Source: an uncultured beta proteobacterium
GTDB taxonomy: Bacteria; Pseudomonadota; Gammaproteobacteria; Burkholderiales; Burkholderiaceae_F
Direction: 5' to 3'
Length of the DNA stretch: 64,000 nt
Assembly: GCA_963726405.1 (NCBI GenBank)
Contig: CAVSCF010000009.1
Span: 9,980-73,979, forward strand
Both the position numbers and the translations under genes were made by a program. Each line of letters opens with the position of its first letter. Position 1 is the first letter of the stretch. This document shows positions 10,102 through 19,873 of this stretch, in pieces. Under the pieces are notes generated by a model, which was not told where the DNA came from, made no database searches, and saw only the letters and a list, made by a program, of their open reading frames with translations.

Positions 10102-11294
10102 CAGCCGGCCTTCACGACGCCGGCGGCGACGAGGGCGTCGATCTCGGCCGACGCGTACCCGAGTTCGGCGAGCACCGCGCGCGACTGCTCGCCCTGTTCC
10201 GGCGCCGGTAAGGGCATCCATCCGGGAGCGGACAACTGGCCCAATGGCGCGATCTCCGTGACGTCGCCCTGCCGAACTACGAGGCCGCGCGCGCGATGGT
10301 GCGGGTGCTCGAGCGCCTCGGCGGGTGTCAGCACCGGCGTCGTGCAGCAGTCGACCCGGTCGAACACCGTTTCCCATTCGGCCAGCGTCTTCTGATGCAG
10401 GTGACGGCCTACGCGGTCGACGGTGTCGGCGGCTGCCGCGGAGCCCGGCGCTTCGCCGTACGCCCAGTGGCGCTCGACGAGTTCCGGCAGCCCGGCCGCG
10501 ATGCAGAACGCTTTCCAGAACTTGTGCTCGAGCGCGCCGACGGCGAGATGGCGCCCGTCGGCCGTGCGATAGACGCGGTAGCAGGCAACGCCTCCGGTAA
10601 GCAGCGTGCTCTCGGCGAGCGGCGTACGCCCGGCATCGAGGTCGGCGTGCGGAAAGAAGTGGTGCGCCAGCAGCCCGTCGGTCATCGCGACGTCGAGATA
10701 GCACCCTTGCCCCGACCGCTGCGCGGACAACAGGGCCGCGAGCAGCATGCCGAGGGCCGACAGCGTTCCGCCGAGCAGGTCGCCCATCTGCAGGTTGGGG
10801 ATGGCCGGTTCGCCATTGACGCGGTTCTGGTCGAGGACGCCGGTCATCGCGATGTAGTTGAGGTCGTGCCCCGCCCGCTGCGCCAGCGGTCCCGTCTGCC
10901 CATAGCCGGAAAGCGAGCACACCACCAGCTTCGGGTTCTCGGCGTGCAACGTTTCCCAGCCGAGCCCGAGACGGTCGAGCACGCCGGGGCGGAAGCCCTC
11001 GATCAGCGCATCCGCGCGTCGCGCCAGGCGCAGCAGCACCTCACGGCCCTCCGGAGCCTTCAGGTTGACGGCGATCGAGCGCTTGCCGCGATTGGTCGCT
11101 TCGTACGACGGGTTGACCGGCTTCCCCGCCGCGTTGCGCACGGCCGGTGGGAAGTCGCGCATGTAGTCGCCCTCGCCGGTGTCCTCCACCTTGATCACGT
11201 CCGCTCCGAGGTCGGCGAGATGCATCGTGGCCGCCGGCCCCGGGAGCAGCCGCGTCATGTCGAGCACCACCAGCCCGACGAGCGGCGCGGGCAC
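10101..11294 (-). CDS. CaiB/BaiF family (class III) CoA-transferase
   Basis: The 397-aa ORF reads LVVLDMTRLLPGPAATMHLADLGADVIKVE..NRGKRSIAVNLK..ADALIEGFRPG.. Confidence 0.9.
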   Translation of the reverse strand: MPAPLVGLVVLDMTRLLPGPAATMHLADLGADVIKVEDTGEGDYMRDFPPAVRNAAGKPVNPSYEATNRGKRSIAVNLKAPEGREVLLRLARRADALIEGFRPGVLDRLGLGWETLHAENPKLVVCSLSGYGQTGPLAQRAGHDLNYIAMTGVLDQNRVNGEPAIPNLQMGDLLGGTLSALGMLLAALLSAQRSGQGCYLDVAMTDGLLAHHFFPHADLDAGRTPLAESTLLTGGVACYRVYRTADGRHLAVGALEHKFWKAFCIAAGLPELVERHWAYGEAPGSAAAADTVDRVGRHLHQKTLAEWETVFDRVDCCTTPVLTPAEALEHPHHRARGLVVRQGDVTEIAPLGQLSAPGWMPLPAPEQGEQSRAVLAELGYASAEIDALVAAGVVKAG

Positions 11295-11346
11295 CGGACT
11301 GCCCTCCGCACGGCGCGTTGCGGGATAAGAACTGCGGCGCCCGCGC

Positions 11347-13239
11347 TCATGTCAGTGCCTCCAGTTCTTCCTGCAGCTTGAGCCAGCGGGACTCGAGCGC
11401 GTCCACCTGCTGCGCGAGTTCGCCGCGACGCTTGAGCACGACCGCGACTTCGTCTTCCGCGCCTGCGTGATAGAAGGCCGGGTCCGCGAGGCGCGCGTCG
11501 AGTTCGCGCAGCTCGTCGGTGACCTTGGCGAGTTCCCCCTCGAGCTTCTGCAGCTTGTTCTGCAGAGGCTTCCTCGCCGAGGCGAGCCGCTGGCGTTCCG
11601 CCGCTTCCTGCTGTCGCTGCTCGCGGCGCGGCTTGGCGGCGCGCTCCTCGGTGTCACTGCGTTGTTCGCGTCGGCTGGCGAGCACCAGCGCCGTGTAATC
11701 GTCGAGGTCGCCGTCGAAGGGCCCGACCCGGCCGTCGTGCACCAGCCACAACTGGTTCACCGTCGCCCGCAGCAGGTGACGATCGTGCGAGACGAGGATG
11801 AGCGCGCCTTCGTAGGAGGACAACGCCACCGTGAGCGCCTCGCGCGTTTCCATGTCGAGGTGGTTCGTCGGTTCGTCCAGCACGAGCACGTTCGGACGCT
11901 TCCAGGCGATCAGCGCAAGGGCGCAACGCGCCTTCTCGCCGCCGGACATCGGCCCGATCAGCGAGGTCGCCATCTCGCCGGAGAAGCGGTAGGTCCCGAG
12001 GAAGTCGCGCAATTCCTGCTCGCGCGCCTCGGGGGCGAGCCGGCGCAGGTGCATCAGCGGCGTCTCGTCCGTGCGCAGCTGGTCGAGCTGGTGCTGGGCG
12101 AAATAGCCGATCGCCAGTCCCTGGCCACGCAGCAGTTCGCCCGCCTGCGGGTCGAGGTCGCCGGAGATGGCCTTGACCAGCGTGGACTTGCCCGCGCCGT
12201 TGACGCCGAGGATGCCGATGCGGTCGCCGGAGCGCACGGCGAAACGGATGTTGGACAGTATCCGCCGCTCGCCATATCCGAGCGCGAGGTCGTCGGCGTC
12301 GAGCAGCCGCTCCGGCAGCTTCACCGGCTCCGGGAACTCGAACCGCCACTCGCGTTTCGCGCGAGCCGGTTCGATGGCCGTCATGCGCTCCAGCATCTTG
12401 AGTCGGCTCTGTGCCTGCCGCGCTTTCGTCGCCTGCGCACGGAAGCGATCGACGAACTTCTGCAGGTGAGCGGCGGTGCGCTCGTACTGCCGCGCCGCCG
12501 CGTCCTGCTGGCGCAACTGCTCGAAGTAGGCCGTTTCGAACGCGCTGTAATTGCCGGCGTAGCGTCGGATGGTGTCGTCACCGACATGCCAGATGGTCTG
12601 CGCGATGCGGTCGAGGAACTCGCGGTCGTGCGAGATCACGAGCACGGTGGCCGGCTGTCGCTTCAGCCAGGATTCCAGCCACACCACGGAATCGAGGTCG
12701 AGGTGATTGGTCGGTTCGTCGAGGAGCAGCAGGTCCGCCGGCCGCAGCAGCGCGCGGGCGAGCGCCAGCCGGTTGCGCCAGCCGCCGGAGAACGCCGTCA
12801 CCGGGCGCGTCGCATCCGATTCCGCGAAACCGAGGCCGTGCAGCACGGCGCGCGCTTCTGCGGTGATCGCGCCCTCGTTCAGTTCCGCGAGCGCGGCGAG
12901 GGCATGCGCGAGTTGCAGGTCGTCGTGCTGCTGTTCGGCCGCGGCCAGTTCGTGCCGTGCGTGCGCGAGCGGGGCATGGCCGGCGAGCACGTAGTCGAGC
13001 GCCGACACGGCCGCTGCTTCGATGTCCTGTGCGACGTGAGCGATCCGCGACTGCGGCGGAGTTTCCAGGTCGCCCGCGTCGATCGACAGTTCGCCGAGGA
13101 TGGCCGCGAACAGCGACGACTTGCCGCTGCCGTTGGCGCCGACCAGGCCGATGCGCTCGCCCGGTGGCGCGATCAGCGAGACGTTGCGATAGAGCGTGCG
13201 GGCGCCACGGGCAATGGCGACATCGATCAGCCGGAGCAT
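11347..13239 (-). CDS. ABC-F family ATPase (YheS/Uup-like, two ABC domains plus C-terminal coiled coil)
   Basis: The 630-aa ORF has two Walker A sites (GANGSGKSS, GVNGAGKST), LSGG signatures and a charged C-terminal coiled coil. Confidence 0.9.
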   Translation of the reverse strand: MLRLIDVAIARGARTLYRNVSLIAPPGERIGLVGANGSGKSSLFAAILGELSIDAGDLETPPQSRIAHVAQDIEAAAVSALDYVLAGHAPLAHARHELAAAEQQHDDLQLAHALAALAELNEGAITAEARAVLHGLGFAESDATRPVTAFSGGWRNRLALARALLRPADLLLLDEPTNHLDLDSVVWLESWLKRQPATVLVISHDREFLDRIAQTIWHVGDDTIRRYAGNYSAFETAYFEQLRQQDAAARQYERTAAHLQKFVDRFRAQATKARQAQSRLKMLERMTAIEPARAKREWRFEFPEPVKLPERLLDADDLALGYGERRILSNIRFAVRSGDRIGILGVNGAGKSTLVKAISGDLDPQAGELLRGQGLAIGYFAQHQLDQLRTDETPLMHLRRLAPEAREQELRDFLGTYRFSGEMATSLIGPMSGGEKARCALALIAWKRPNVLVLDEPTNHLDMETREALTVALSSYEGALILVSHDRHLLRATVNQLWLVHDGRVGPFDGDLDDYTALVLASRREQRSDTEERAAKPRREQRQQEAAERQRLASARKPLQNKLQKLEGELAKVTDELRELDARLADPAFYHAGAEDEVAVVLKRRGELAQQVDALESRWLKLQEELEALT

Positions 13240-13285
13240 CGAGGGACCGTGAGCGGCGGGCAGTTCGGCCGTGGCATGAGGAGCG

Positions 13286-14182
13286 CTACGGCAGTTCCTC
13301 CTGCCGCGCCAGGAAGACCATGTCGTCGCCGGCGCTGGTGGTGAGCCAGGTCATCGGGATGTCGCCGAGGACGCGCTCGACGTCGGATCGCCCGTCGCCG
13401 ACCTCGACGAACAGCAGTCCGCCGCGCTTCAGGTGGCCCCGCGCCTGTCGCACGATGTTCTTCACGAGCGCCATGCCGTCGGCGCCGCCGGCCAGCGCGA
13501 GCTTGGGCTCGTGCTCGTATTCCTTCGGCAGCTTCGCCATCGCCGCATCGGTGACGTAGGGTGGATTGCACAGGATGACGTCGTAGCGCTTGTTCTTCAG
13601 CGCCTCGAACAAGTCGGACTTCACGAGCGAGATCCGGTCCTCGAAGTGGTACTCGTCGATGTTGCGCTGTGCCACTTGCAGCGCGTCGGCCGAGATGTCC
13701 ACGGCGTCGACTTTCGCGTTCGGGAAGGCATCGGCGGCCATCACGGCGAGGCAGCCCGACCCGGTGCACAGGTCGAGGATGTCAGTCACGCCGTCCGGGT
13801 CCTCGACCCAGGGCTGCAGGTCGTCCCGCAGCAACTCGCCGATGAACGAGCGCGGGATGATCACGCTCTCGTCCACGTAGAAGTGGTAGCCCATCAGCCA
13901 GGCTTCGTTCAGCAGGTAGGCCGCGGGGATGCGTTTCTTCACGCGCCGGTCGATGATCTGCAGCAGCGCGTTGATCTCCGCATGCGTGAGGTAGGCGTCG
14001 GCGAAGAATTCGAGCTTGTCGAGCGGCAGTTTCAGCGAGCGCAGGATGATGAAGGACGCCTCTTCGAAGGCATTCGCCTGCCCGTGTCCATAGGACAGGG
14101 TTGCCTCGTTGAAGCGCGTGACGGCGAAGCGCAGCACGTCGCGCAGCGTTCGCAGGTTGGCCTGGGCGTCGAGGATACTCAT
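13286..14182 (-). CDS. prmB: 50S ribosomal protein L3 N5-glutamine methyltransferase
   Basis: The 298-aa ORF has the SAM motif DLCTGSGCLA and an NPPY motif (CNPPYV), with a PrmB-type N-terminus. Confidence 0.9.
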   Translation of the reverse strand: MSILDAQANLRTLRDVLRFAVTRFNEATLSYGHGQANAFEEASFIILRSLKLPLDKLEFFADAYLTHAEINALLQIIDRRVKKRIPAAYLLNEAWLMGYHFYVDESVIIPRSFIGELLRDDLQPWVEDPDGVTDILDLCTGSGCLAVMAADAFPNAKVDAVDISADALQVAQRNIDEYHFEDRISLVKSDLFEALKNKRYDVILCNPPYVTDAAMAKLPKEYEHEPKLALAGGADGMALVKNIVRQARGHLKRGGLLFVEVGDGRSDVERVLGDIPMTWLTTSAGDDMVFLARQEELP

Positions 14183-14195
14183 GGGAGGTTCGCGT

Positions 14196-15323
14196 TCACG
14201 TCAACAGGCGTTCGAGGGAGCCGCGGTAGATGTCCTTCAGCGGCACGAGGTCGGCGACGGCGATGTGCTCGTCGATCTTGTGTATCGATGCGTTGGTCGG
14301 GCCGAACTCGACCACCTGGGGGCAGATCGTCGCGAGGAACCGGCCGTCCGACGTTCCGCCGGTGGTCGACAACTGCGTCGTTCGACCGGTGACTGCGCGA
14401 ATCGCCGCGCTCATCGCGCTCGACAGCGCACCCTCGGCGGTGCTGAACGGCTGCGCGCCGATCGTCCACTTCAAGTCGTACTCGAGGCCGTGCCGCCGCA
14501 GGAGAGCTTCGACCCGGTCGATAAGGCTCTCCGCGGTCGAGACCGGTGCGAAGCGCAGGTTGAAGTCGACCTCGCAGGTCCCCGGTATGACGTTGCCCGC
14601 GCCGGTGCCGGCCCGTACGTTGGACACCTGGAACGTCGTCGGGGGAAAGAAGGCGTCGCCATCGTCCCAGCGCTCCGTCGCGAGTTCCGCCAGCGCGGGT
14701 GCCAACTGGTGCACCGGGTTGCGTGCGAGGTGCGGGTAGGCGACATGGCCCTGGACGCCGCGCACGGTGAGGCTTCCCGAAAGGGAACCGCGCCGGCCGT
14801 TCTTGATGGTGTCGCCAAGCACATTCACGGAGGTCGGCTCGCCGACCACGCAGAAATCGATCGGCTCGTTGCGAGCGCGCAATGCATCGACGACCTTCAC
14901 GGTGCCGTCGGTCGCCGGACCCTCCTCGTCGGAGGTCAGCAGCAGGGCGATCGAGCCGCGGTGGTCGCCGTGTGCCCGGACGAATTCCTCGGCGGCAACG
15001 ACGAACGCCGCCACCGAGCTCTTCATGTCGGAAGCGCCGCGTCCATAGAGGAGACCATCGCGGATGGTCGGGGTGAACGGGTCGGAGCGCCACTGATCCA
15101 GCGGACCCGTCGGCACCACGTCCGTGTGGCCGGCGAACACAAACACCGGCCCGGACGTACCGCGTCGCAGCCAGAGGTTCGTCACACCGTTCGATGCGAC
15201 GGTCTCGCCGCGAAAGCCGAGCGGCGACAGGCGCGCGGCCACGAGCGCCTGGCAGCCGTCATCCTCGGGGGTAACCGAGCGGCGGCGGATCAGTTCTTCG
15301 GTGAGGGCGAGGGTGGGATTCAT
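14196..15323 (-). CDS. dapE: succinyl-diaminopimelate desuccinylase
   Basis: Internal ATG at 15323. Reads [44 protein letters not shown].., of the M20 peptidase family. Confidence 0.93.
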   Translation of the reverse strand: MNPTLALTEELIRRRSVTPEDDGCQALVAARLSPLGFRGETVASNGVTNLWLRRGTSGPVFVFAGHTDVVPTGPLDQWRSDPFTPTIRDGLLYGRGASDMKSSVAAFVVAAEEFVRAHGDHRGSIALLLTSDEEGPATDGTVKVVDALRARNEPIDFCVVGEPTSVNVLGDTIKNGRRGSLSGSLTVRGVQGHVAYPHLARNPVHQLAPALAELATERWDDGDAFFPPTTFQVSNVRAGTGAGNVIPGTCEVDFNLRFAPVSTAESLIDRVEALLRRHGLEYDLKWTIGAQPFSTAEGALSSAMSAAIRAVTGRTTQLSTTGGTSDGRFLATICPQVVEFGPTNASIHKIDEHIAVADLVPLKDIYRGSLERLLT

Positions 15324-15409
15324 CGACGCGTCCGCGGGCCGCAACCGCCCCCGGAATGAGCGCGCCGATTGTAAGGCAGCGCATCGCTGCCTTCGCTGCT
15401 GGATCGGGC

Positions 15410-16565
15410 TTAGATATTCAGCGTGAATTCCGAGAACGAGGCGTCGGAGCCGGCTTCCTTGCGCGCATCGCGGTTCGCCTGGGCCGCGGGCTTGCCGGCG
15501 TTGTTGATGAACCACAGCAGGTTGTTCTGGGAGTCGGCGCCGGCGAGCGCGTCTTCGCGCGTGATCTGGTCGGCCTGGATCAGCGAGTACAGGCTTTGTT
15601 CGAAGGAAATGCTTTCCGGCGCGAGACTCTGCTCCATCGCTTCCTTGATCGCCTGGACGTCGCCCCGCTCGATGAGGTCGGCGATATGGCGCGTGTTGAC
15701 CAGCACCTCGACCGCGGGTACGCGACCGCCGCGCTTGGAGCGCACCAGCCGCTGCGACACGATGGCCTTCATCGCGACCGACATGTCCTGGAACAGGGCC
15801 TGGCGGGTTTCAGGCGGATAGAAGCTGATCACGCGGTTGAGCGCGTGGGAGCTGTTGGTGGCGTGCAATGTGGCCACCACGAGGTGACCCGACATCGCAT
15901 AGGCGAGCGCGGCGCTCATCGTGTCGCGGTCGCGGATCTCGCCGATGAAGATGACATCCGGGGCCTGCCGCATCGCGCTGCGCAGCGCGGCCTGCAGCGT
16001 CCGCGCGTCGGAGCCGATCTCGCGCTGGTTGATGATCGACTTCTTGTTGCGGAACAGGAACTCGATCGGGTCTTCGAACGTCAGGACGTGCCCGGTGACG
16101 AGCTCGTTGCGGTGGTCGAGCATCGAGGCGATGGTGGTCGACTTGCCGGAACCGGCCGCGCCGACCACGAGGATCAGGCCCGCGGCGCTCCATGATGAGG
16201 TCCTTCAGGACCTCCGGCAGATGCAGCTGGTCCAGCCTCGGAATGTCGTGCGGGATGAAGCGGATCACCGCCGAGATCGAGCCGCGCTGGAGGAAGGCGC
16301 TCAACCGGAAACTGCCGACGCCCTGCACCGGCAGGCCGATGTTGAGCTCGCGCGAGTCCTCGAGTTCACGGAAGTGGGCGTCGGTCAGGCGCTCGGCGAG
16401 CAGCGACACGATAGCCTGGGGGGCGAGCCGGTCCTGGTTGATGGGCACGCACACGCCGTTGATCTTGATCGTGATCGGGGAGCCGACCGACAGGAAGAGG
16501 TCCGAGGCGTTCTTCTCGGACATCAGGTTGAACAGGCGGTCCAGCGACATCGGCGTTGCGGACAT
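15410..16565 (-). pseudogene. pilU: type IV pilus retraction-family ATPase PilU, one frameshift just before Walker A
   Basis: The N-terminal part lies in ORF 15810..16748 (MSATPMSLDRLFNLMSEKNASDLFLSVGSP..LKDLIMERRG). The C-terminal part lies in ORF 15410..16168 (..VGAAGSGKSTT..DPIEF..RQAPDVIFIGEIRD..ATLHA). The frames join if one base of GGGCCTG (minus strand, ~16177-16178) is removed, giving ERRGLILVVGAAGSGKS. Confidence 0.85.
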
Positions 16566-16736
16566 GGTGCGGCGTCCCGTAGCGGTTCCAGCCGAGGAGG
16601 ATAGGCGCGCGGCCGCGGAATGCGAATACCTTCGAACGGATGAAAAGGACGGTGTACGCCCTTCGTCCGTTCGGTATAGCTTGGGTGGCAGGGCGCGGAC
16701 ACGACCCGGGTTGCGGCGCCTAACTGCGGCGACCGC

Positions 16737-17217
16737 GCTGCGGGGCACCTCGACTCCGCGGAACTCGGCGGCGGGCGAACTGGGCCGGCAGCGTTACCTG
16801 CGGGCCTGCAGCTTTCGGGCTGGTGGTGCCGCGGTGGGACCTCCGTGCCTTCCGGCCGACGCCGTCTCGGCCCGCCGAGCCGGCGCAGCGACGCCCGCCG
16901 CCTGAGCTCCGCTCCGCGAGGCGCCCCACAGCGCGGTCGCCGCGCCGAGCGGGTGGATGCGCCCAATCTCGGAAGGCAGCGTTGCCCCACCGCACGGCGC
17001 CTGAGTGGGTTGTGGGGTGCCTCGCGGAGCGACCGTCAGGCGGCGGGCGTGCCATGCGCGCAAGGGCAGCGGGCCGGGTTACCGCAGCCGCAAGGCACGA
17101 CTTCGCAATCACTACGTCGCCAATCGGAAGCCGAGTGCCCGCAGAGAGCTCCGCCTGCTGAAGAACGCCCGCCGCGACGGGCGCGGAGTCGAGGTACCCC
17201 GCAGCCCACTCAGGCGC
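16737..17217. repeat. cluster of GC-rich REP-like repeats in alternating orientation (nested imperfect inverted repeats)
   Basis: 16737-16760 pairs with 17182-17205 as a 24-bp inverted repeat (23/24). 16891-16930 pairs with 17011-17050 as a 40-bp inverted repeat (35/40, 80-nt spacer). 16998-17024 matches the reverse complement of 17191-17217 (24/27). The shared core is YTGYGGGGYRCCTCG. Confidence 0.7.
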
Positions 17218-17241
17218 AGGGGAGTCCGCGGGACTTCGTAC

Positions 17242-18060
17242 TCACGCCCGCAGCAAGTCGTTGATGCTCGTCTTCGCCCGCGTCTGCGCGTCGACCTTCT
17301 TGACGATCACGGCGCAGTACAGGCTGTACTTGCCGTCGGCCGAAGGCAGGTTGCCGGAGACCACGACCGAGCCCGCCGGGATGCGGCCGTAGCTCACTTC
17401 ACCGGTCGCGCGGTCGTAGATCTTGGTGCTTTGTCCGATGTAGACGCCCATCGAGATAACCGAGTTCTCTTCCACGATCACGCCTTCGACGACTTCCGAG
17501 CGGGCGCCGATGAAGCAGTTGTCCTCGATGATCGTCGGGTTCGCCTGCAGCGGCTCGAGCACGCCCCCGATCCCGACGCCGCCGGACAGGTGGACGTTCC
17601 TGCCGATCTGCGCGCACGAACCGACGGTGGCCCAGGTGTCGACCATCGTGCCTTCGTCGACGTAGGCGCCGATGTTGACGTATGACGGCATCAGCACCGC
17701 GTTCTTCGCGATGTAGCTGCCGCGACGCGCGACCGCGGGCGGCACTACGCGCACGCCGGCGCGGGCGAAGCGCGCGGCGTCCCAGCCGGCGAACTTCGTC
17801 GGGACCTTGTCGTAGAACTGCGCGAAGCCTCCGGCGGGCATCGGCGTGTTGTCGTTCAGGCGGAAGGACAGCAGCACGGCCTTCTTCAACCACTGGTGCA
17901 CGACCCACTGGCCGTCGCGCTTCTCCGCGACGCGCAGGTCGCCGGCATCGAGCCGATCGATCACGTCGTTGACGGCGGTGCGAAGGTCGGCGGGCGCGGC
18001 GGACGCGCTCAGGTTTGCCCGGTCTTCCCAGGCTTCGCTGATGGTTGATTCGAGGCTCAT
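17242..18060 (-). CDS. dapD: tetrahydrodipicolinate N-succinyltransferase
   Basis: Internal ATG at 18060. Reads [17 protein letters not shown].. with hexapeptide repeats (..[23 protein letters not shown]..). Confidence 0.95.
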   Translation of the reverse strand: MSLESTISEAWEDRANLSASAAPADLRTAVNDVIDRLDAGDLRVAEKRDGQWVVHQWLKKAVLLSFRLNDNTPMPAGGFAQFYDKVPTKFAGWDAARFARAGVRVVPPAVARRGSYIAKNAVLMPSYVNIGAYVDEGTMVDTWATVGSCAQIGRNVHLSGGVGIGGVLEPLQANPTIIEDNCFIGARSEVVEGVIVEENSVISMGVYIGQSTKIYDRATGEVSYGRIPAGSVVVSGNLPSADGKYSLYCAVIVKKVDAQTRAKTSINDLLRA

Positions 18061-18076
18061 GGATTTCTCGGTGTGG

Positions 18077-19261
18077 TCAGATGGTGAGAGAGGCGATGCG
18101 CGCGGCCGCCTCCGCCACTTCGGCGGGCGAGGCGACAAGCGCGATGCGCACGTGTCCGGCGCCGGGGTTGGCGCCGTCGACATCGCGCGACAGGTAGCTG
18201 CCGGGCAGGACGGTGACGTGCCGCTCGGCAAAGAGGCGGCGCGCGTACTCGGCGTCATCGATCGGGGTGGCGGCCCACAGGTAGAACGCTGCATCCGGCC
18301 GCTCGCACTTCAGCGTGCGCTGGATGACGGGCGTCGCCTGCGCGAATTTCGCGGCGTAGAGGCGGCGATTTTCGACGACGTGCGCCTCGTCGCGCCACGC
18401 CGTGGCGCTCGCAACCTGCACCGCCGGGCTGAGCGCCGTCCCGTGGTACGTGCGGTACAGCAGGAATTGCTTCAGCACGGCCGCATCGCCGGCGACGAAG
18501 CCCGAACGCAATCCGGGAACGTTCGACCGCTTGGACAGGCTGGAGAACATCACGAGGCGTTCGAAGCGGTCGCGGCCGAGCCTTGTCGCCGCCTCGAGAC
18601 CGCCGAGCGGCGCCTTGCCTTCCTCGAAGTAGATCTCCGAGTAGCACTCGTCGGACGCGATCACGAAGCCGTAGCGGTCGGACAGCTCGAACAGCGTCTT
18701 CCACTCTGGAAGGGTCATGACGCGGCCTGTCGGATTGCCCGGCGTGCAGACGTAGACCAGTTGCACCCTGGACCACTCCTCGGGCCCGAGCCGGTCGAAC
18801 TCCATGCGGTAGCCGTTGTCCGCCGTGGTGGGCAGGAAGACCGGACGCGCACCGGCGAGCAGGGCCGCGCCCTCGTAGATCTGATAGAAGGGATTCGGCG
18901 AGACGACCAGCGCGTCGCGGCGACGGTCCACAACAGCTTGCGCGAATGCGAAGAGCGCTTCGCGCGAGCCGGCCACCGGCAGCACCTGCGTGGCGGCATC
19001 GAGCGACGCGAGGCCGTAGCGTCGGCAGGCCCACGCCGCGATGGCTTCGCGCAACTCCGGCTGTCCGGCCGTGAGCGGATAACTCGCGATTCCCGGCAGC
19101 GCTTGCGCGAGCGCTTCGAGGATGAATGGCGGCGTCGGGTGCTTCGGTTCGCCGATCGAAAGGTTGATCGGCGCCAGGTGCGCGGGCGGGGTGACGCCGG
19201 CGAAGAGCTGGCGCAGCCGCTCGAACGGATAGGGCTGCAGGCGTTGCAGGTCGGGGTTCAT
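18077..19261 (-). CDS. dapC: succinyldiaminopimelate transaminase
   Basis: The 394-aa class I aminotransferase reads [35 protein letters not shown].. with the PLP lysine context SLSKRSN. It is adjacent to dapD. Confidence 0.88.
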   Translation of the reverse strand: MNPDLQRLQPYPFERLRQLFAGVTPPAHLAPINLSIGEPKHPTPPFILEALAQALPGIASYPLTAGQPELREAIAAWACRRYGLASLDAATQVLPVAGSREALFAFAQAVVDRRRDALVVSPNPFYQIYEGAALLAGARPVFLPTTADNGYRMEFDRLGPEEWSRVQLVYVCTPGNPTGRVMTLPEWKTLFELSDRYGFVIASDECYSEIYFEEGKAPLGGLEAATRLGRDRFERLVMFSSLSKRSNVPGLRSGFVAGDAAVLKQFLLYRTYHGTALSPAVQVASATAWRDEAHVVENRRLYAAKFAQATPVIQRTLKCERPDAAFYLWAATPIDDAEYARRLFAERHVTVLPGSYLSRDVDGANPGAGHVRIALVASPAEVAEAAARIASLTI

Positions 19262-19274
19262 CGACGACGTCCGG

Positions 19275-19697
19275 TCAGCCGCGGGTGGGGCCGCCTTCGG
19301 TGCCCGGACGGGCGAGTTCGATGTGCGGCGCGGGCTTCCAGCCTTTCTTGCGGTGCTCGGCGACGACCGTGGTGAAGATGCCGCCGCGCACGTACCACTT
19401 TGCGGTCAGCCGCATGAAGCGCGGCGCGAGGGCCTTGACGAGGTCGTCGAGGATGCGGTTGGTCACCGCCTCGTGAAAGACACCCTGGTCGCGGAACGAC
19501 CACGTGTAGAGCTTCAGGCTCTTCAGTTCGACGTTGCGCTTGTCCGGGACGTAGTCCAGCACGAGCGTCGCGAAGTCGGGCTGGCCCGTCATGGGGCACA
19601 GGCACGTGAACTCGGGCACCTCGATGTGGACGAGGTAGTCGCGACCCGGGGCGGGATTGGGGAACGTCTCGACCAGCTGGCTGGGGCGGGATGGCAT
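19275..19697 (-). CDS. queF: NADPH-dependent 7-cyano-7-deazaguanine reductase (type I)
   Basis: The 140-aa ORF has the catalytic Cys context [14 protein letters not shown] and the QueF motif [13 protein letters not shown]. Confidence 0.92.
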   Translation of the reverse strand: MPSRPSQLVETFPNPAPGRDYLVHIEVPEFTCLCPMTGQPDFATLVLDYVPDKRNVELKSLKLYTWSFRDQGVFHEAVTNRILDDLVKALAPRFMRLTAKWYVRGGIFTTVVAEHRKKGWKPAPHIELARPGTEGGPTRG

Positions 19698-19873
19698 GAA
19701 TTGGGGTCCCAGCGCGCGATGACGGGGGGAAGAGAGGGGAAGAGAGCGAAAGTGCGCTGCTATTATACGAAGGCACTCAAAACACTCCCTGTGGACCGCG
19801 CGACAAAGACACCCATGGCACGCGCCGTTCGCCTCACAGGGCCGTCGTAACCGTTCGGATTCCCGCTACTCAC

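Noticed and set aside
9379-10920. The 513-aa ORF and the 421-aa ORF (8339-9604) as full-length genes.
   Set aside because: Their N-terminal extensions are Arg/Pro/Gly-rich and overlap the upstream genes. Internal ATGs at 10101 and 9382 give proteins that begin where family homology begins and overlap the preceding stops in the coupled ATGA/TGATG style.
16566-17241. A CRISPR array, or protein-coding ORFs (16523-16990, 16720-17112, 16845-17264 and others), in the repeat-rich gap.
   Set aside because: The repeats are inverted, imperfect and irregularly spaced, not direct repeats with uniform spacers. The ORFs overlap each other in several frames and have artefact-like composition.
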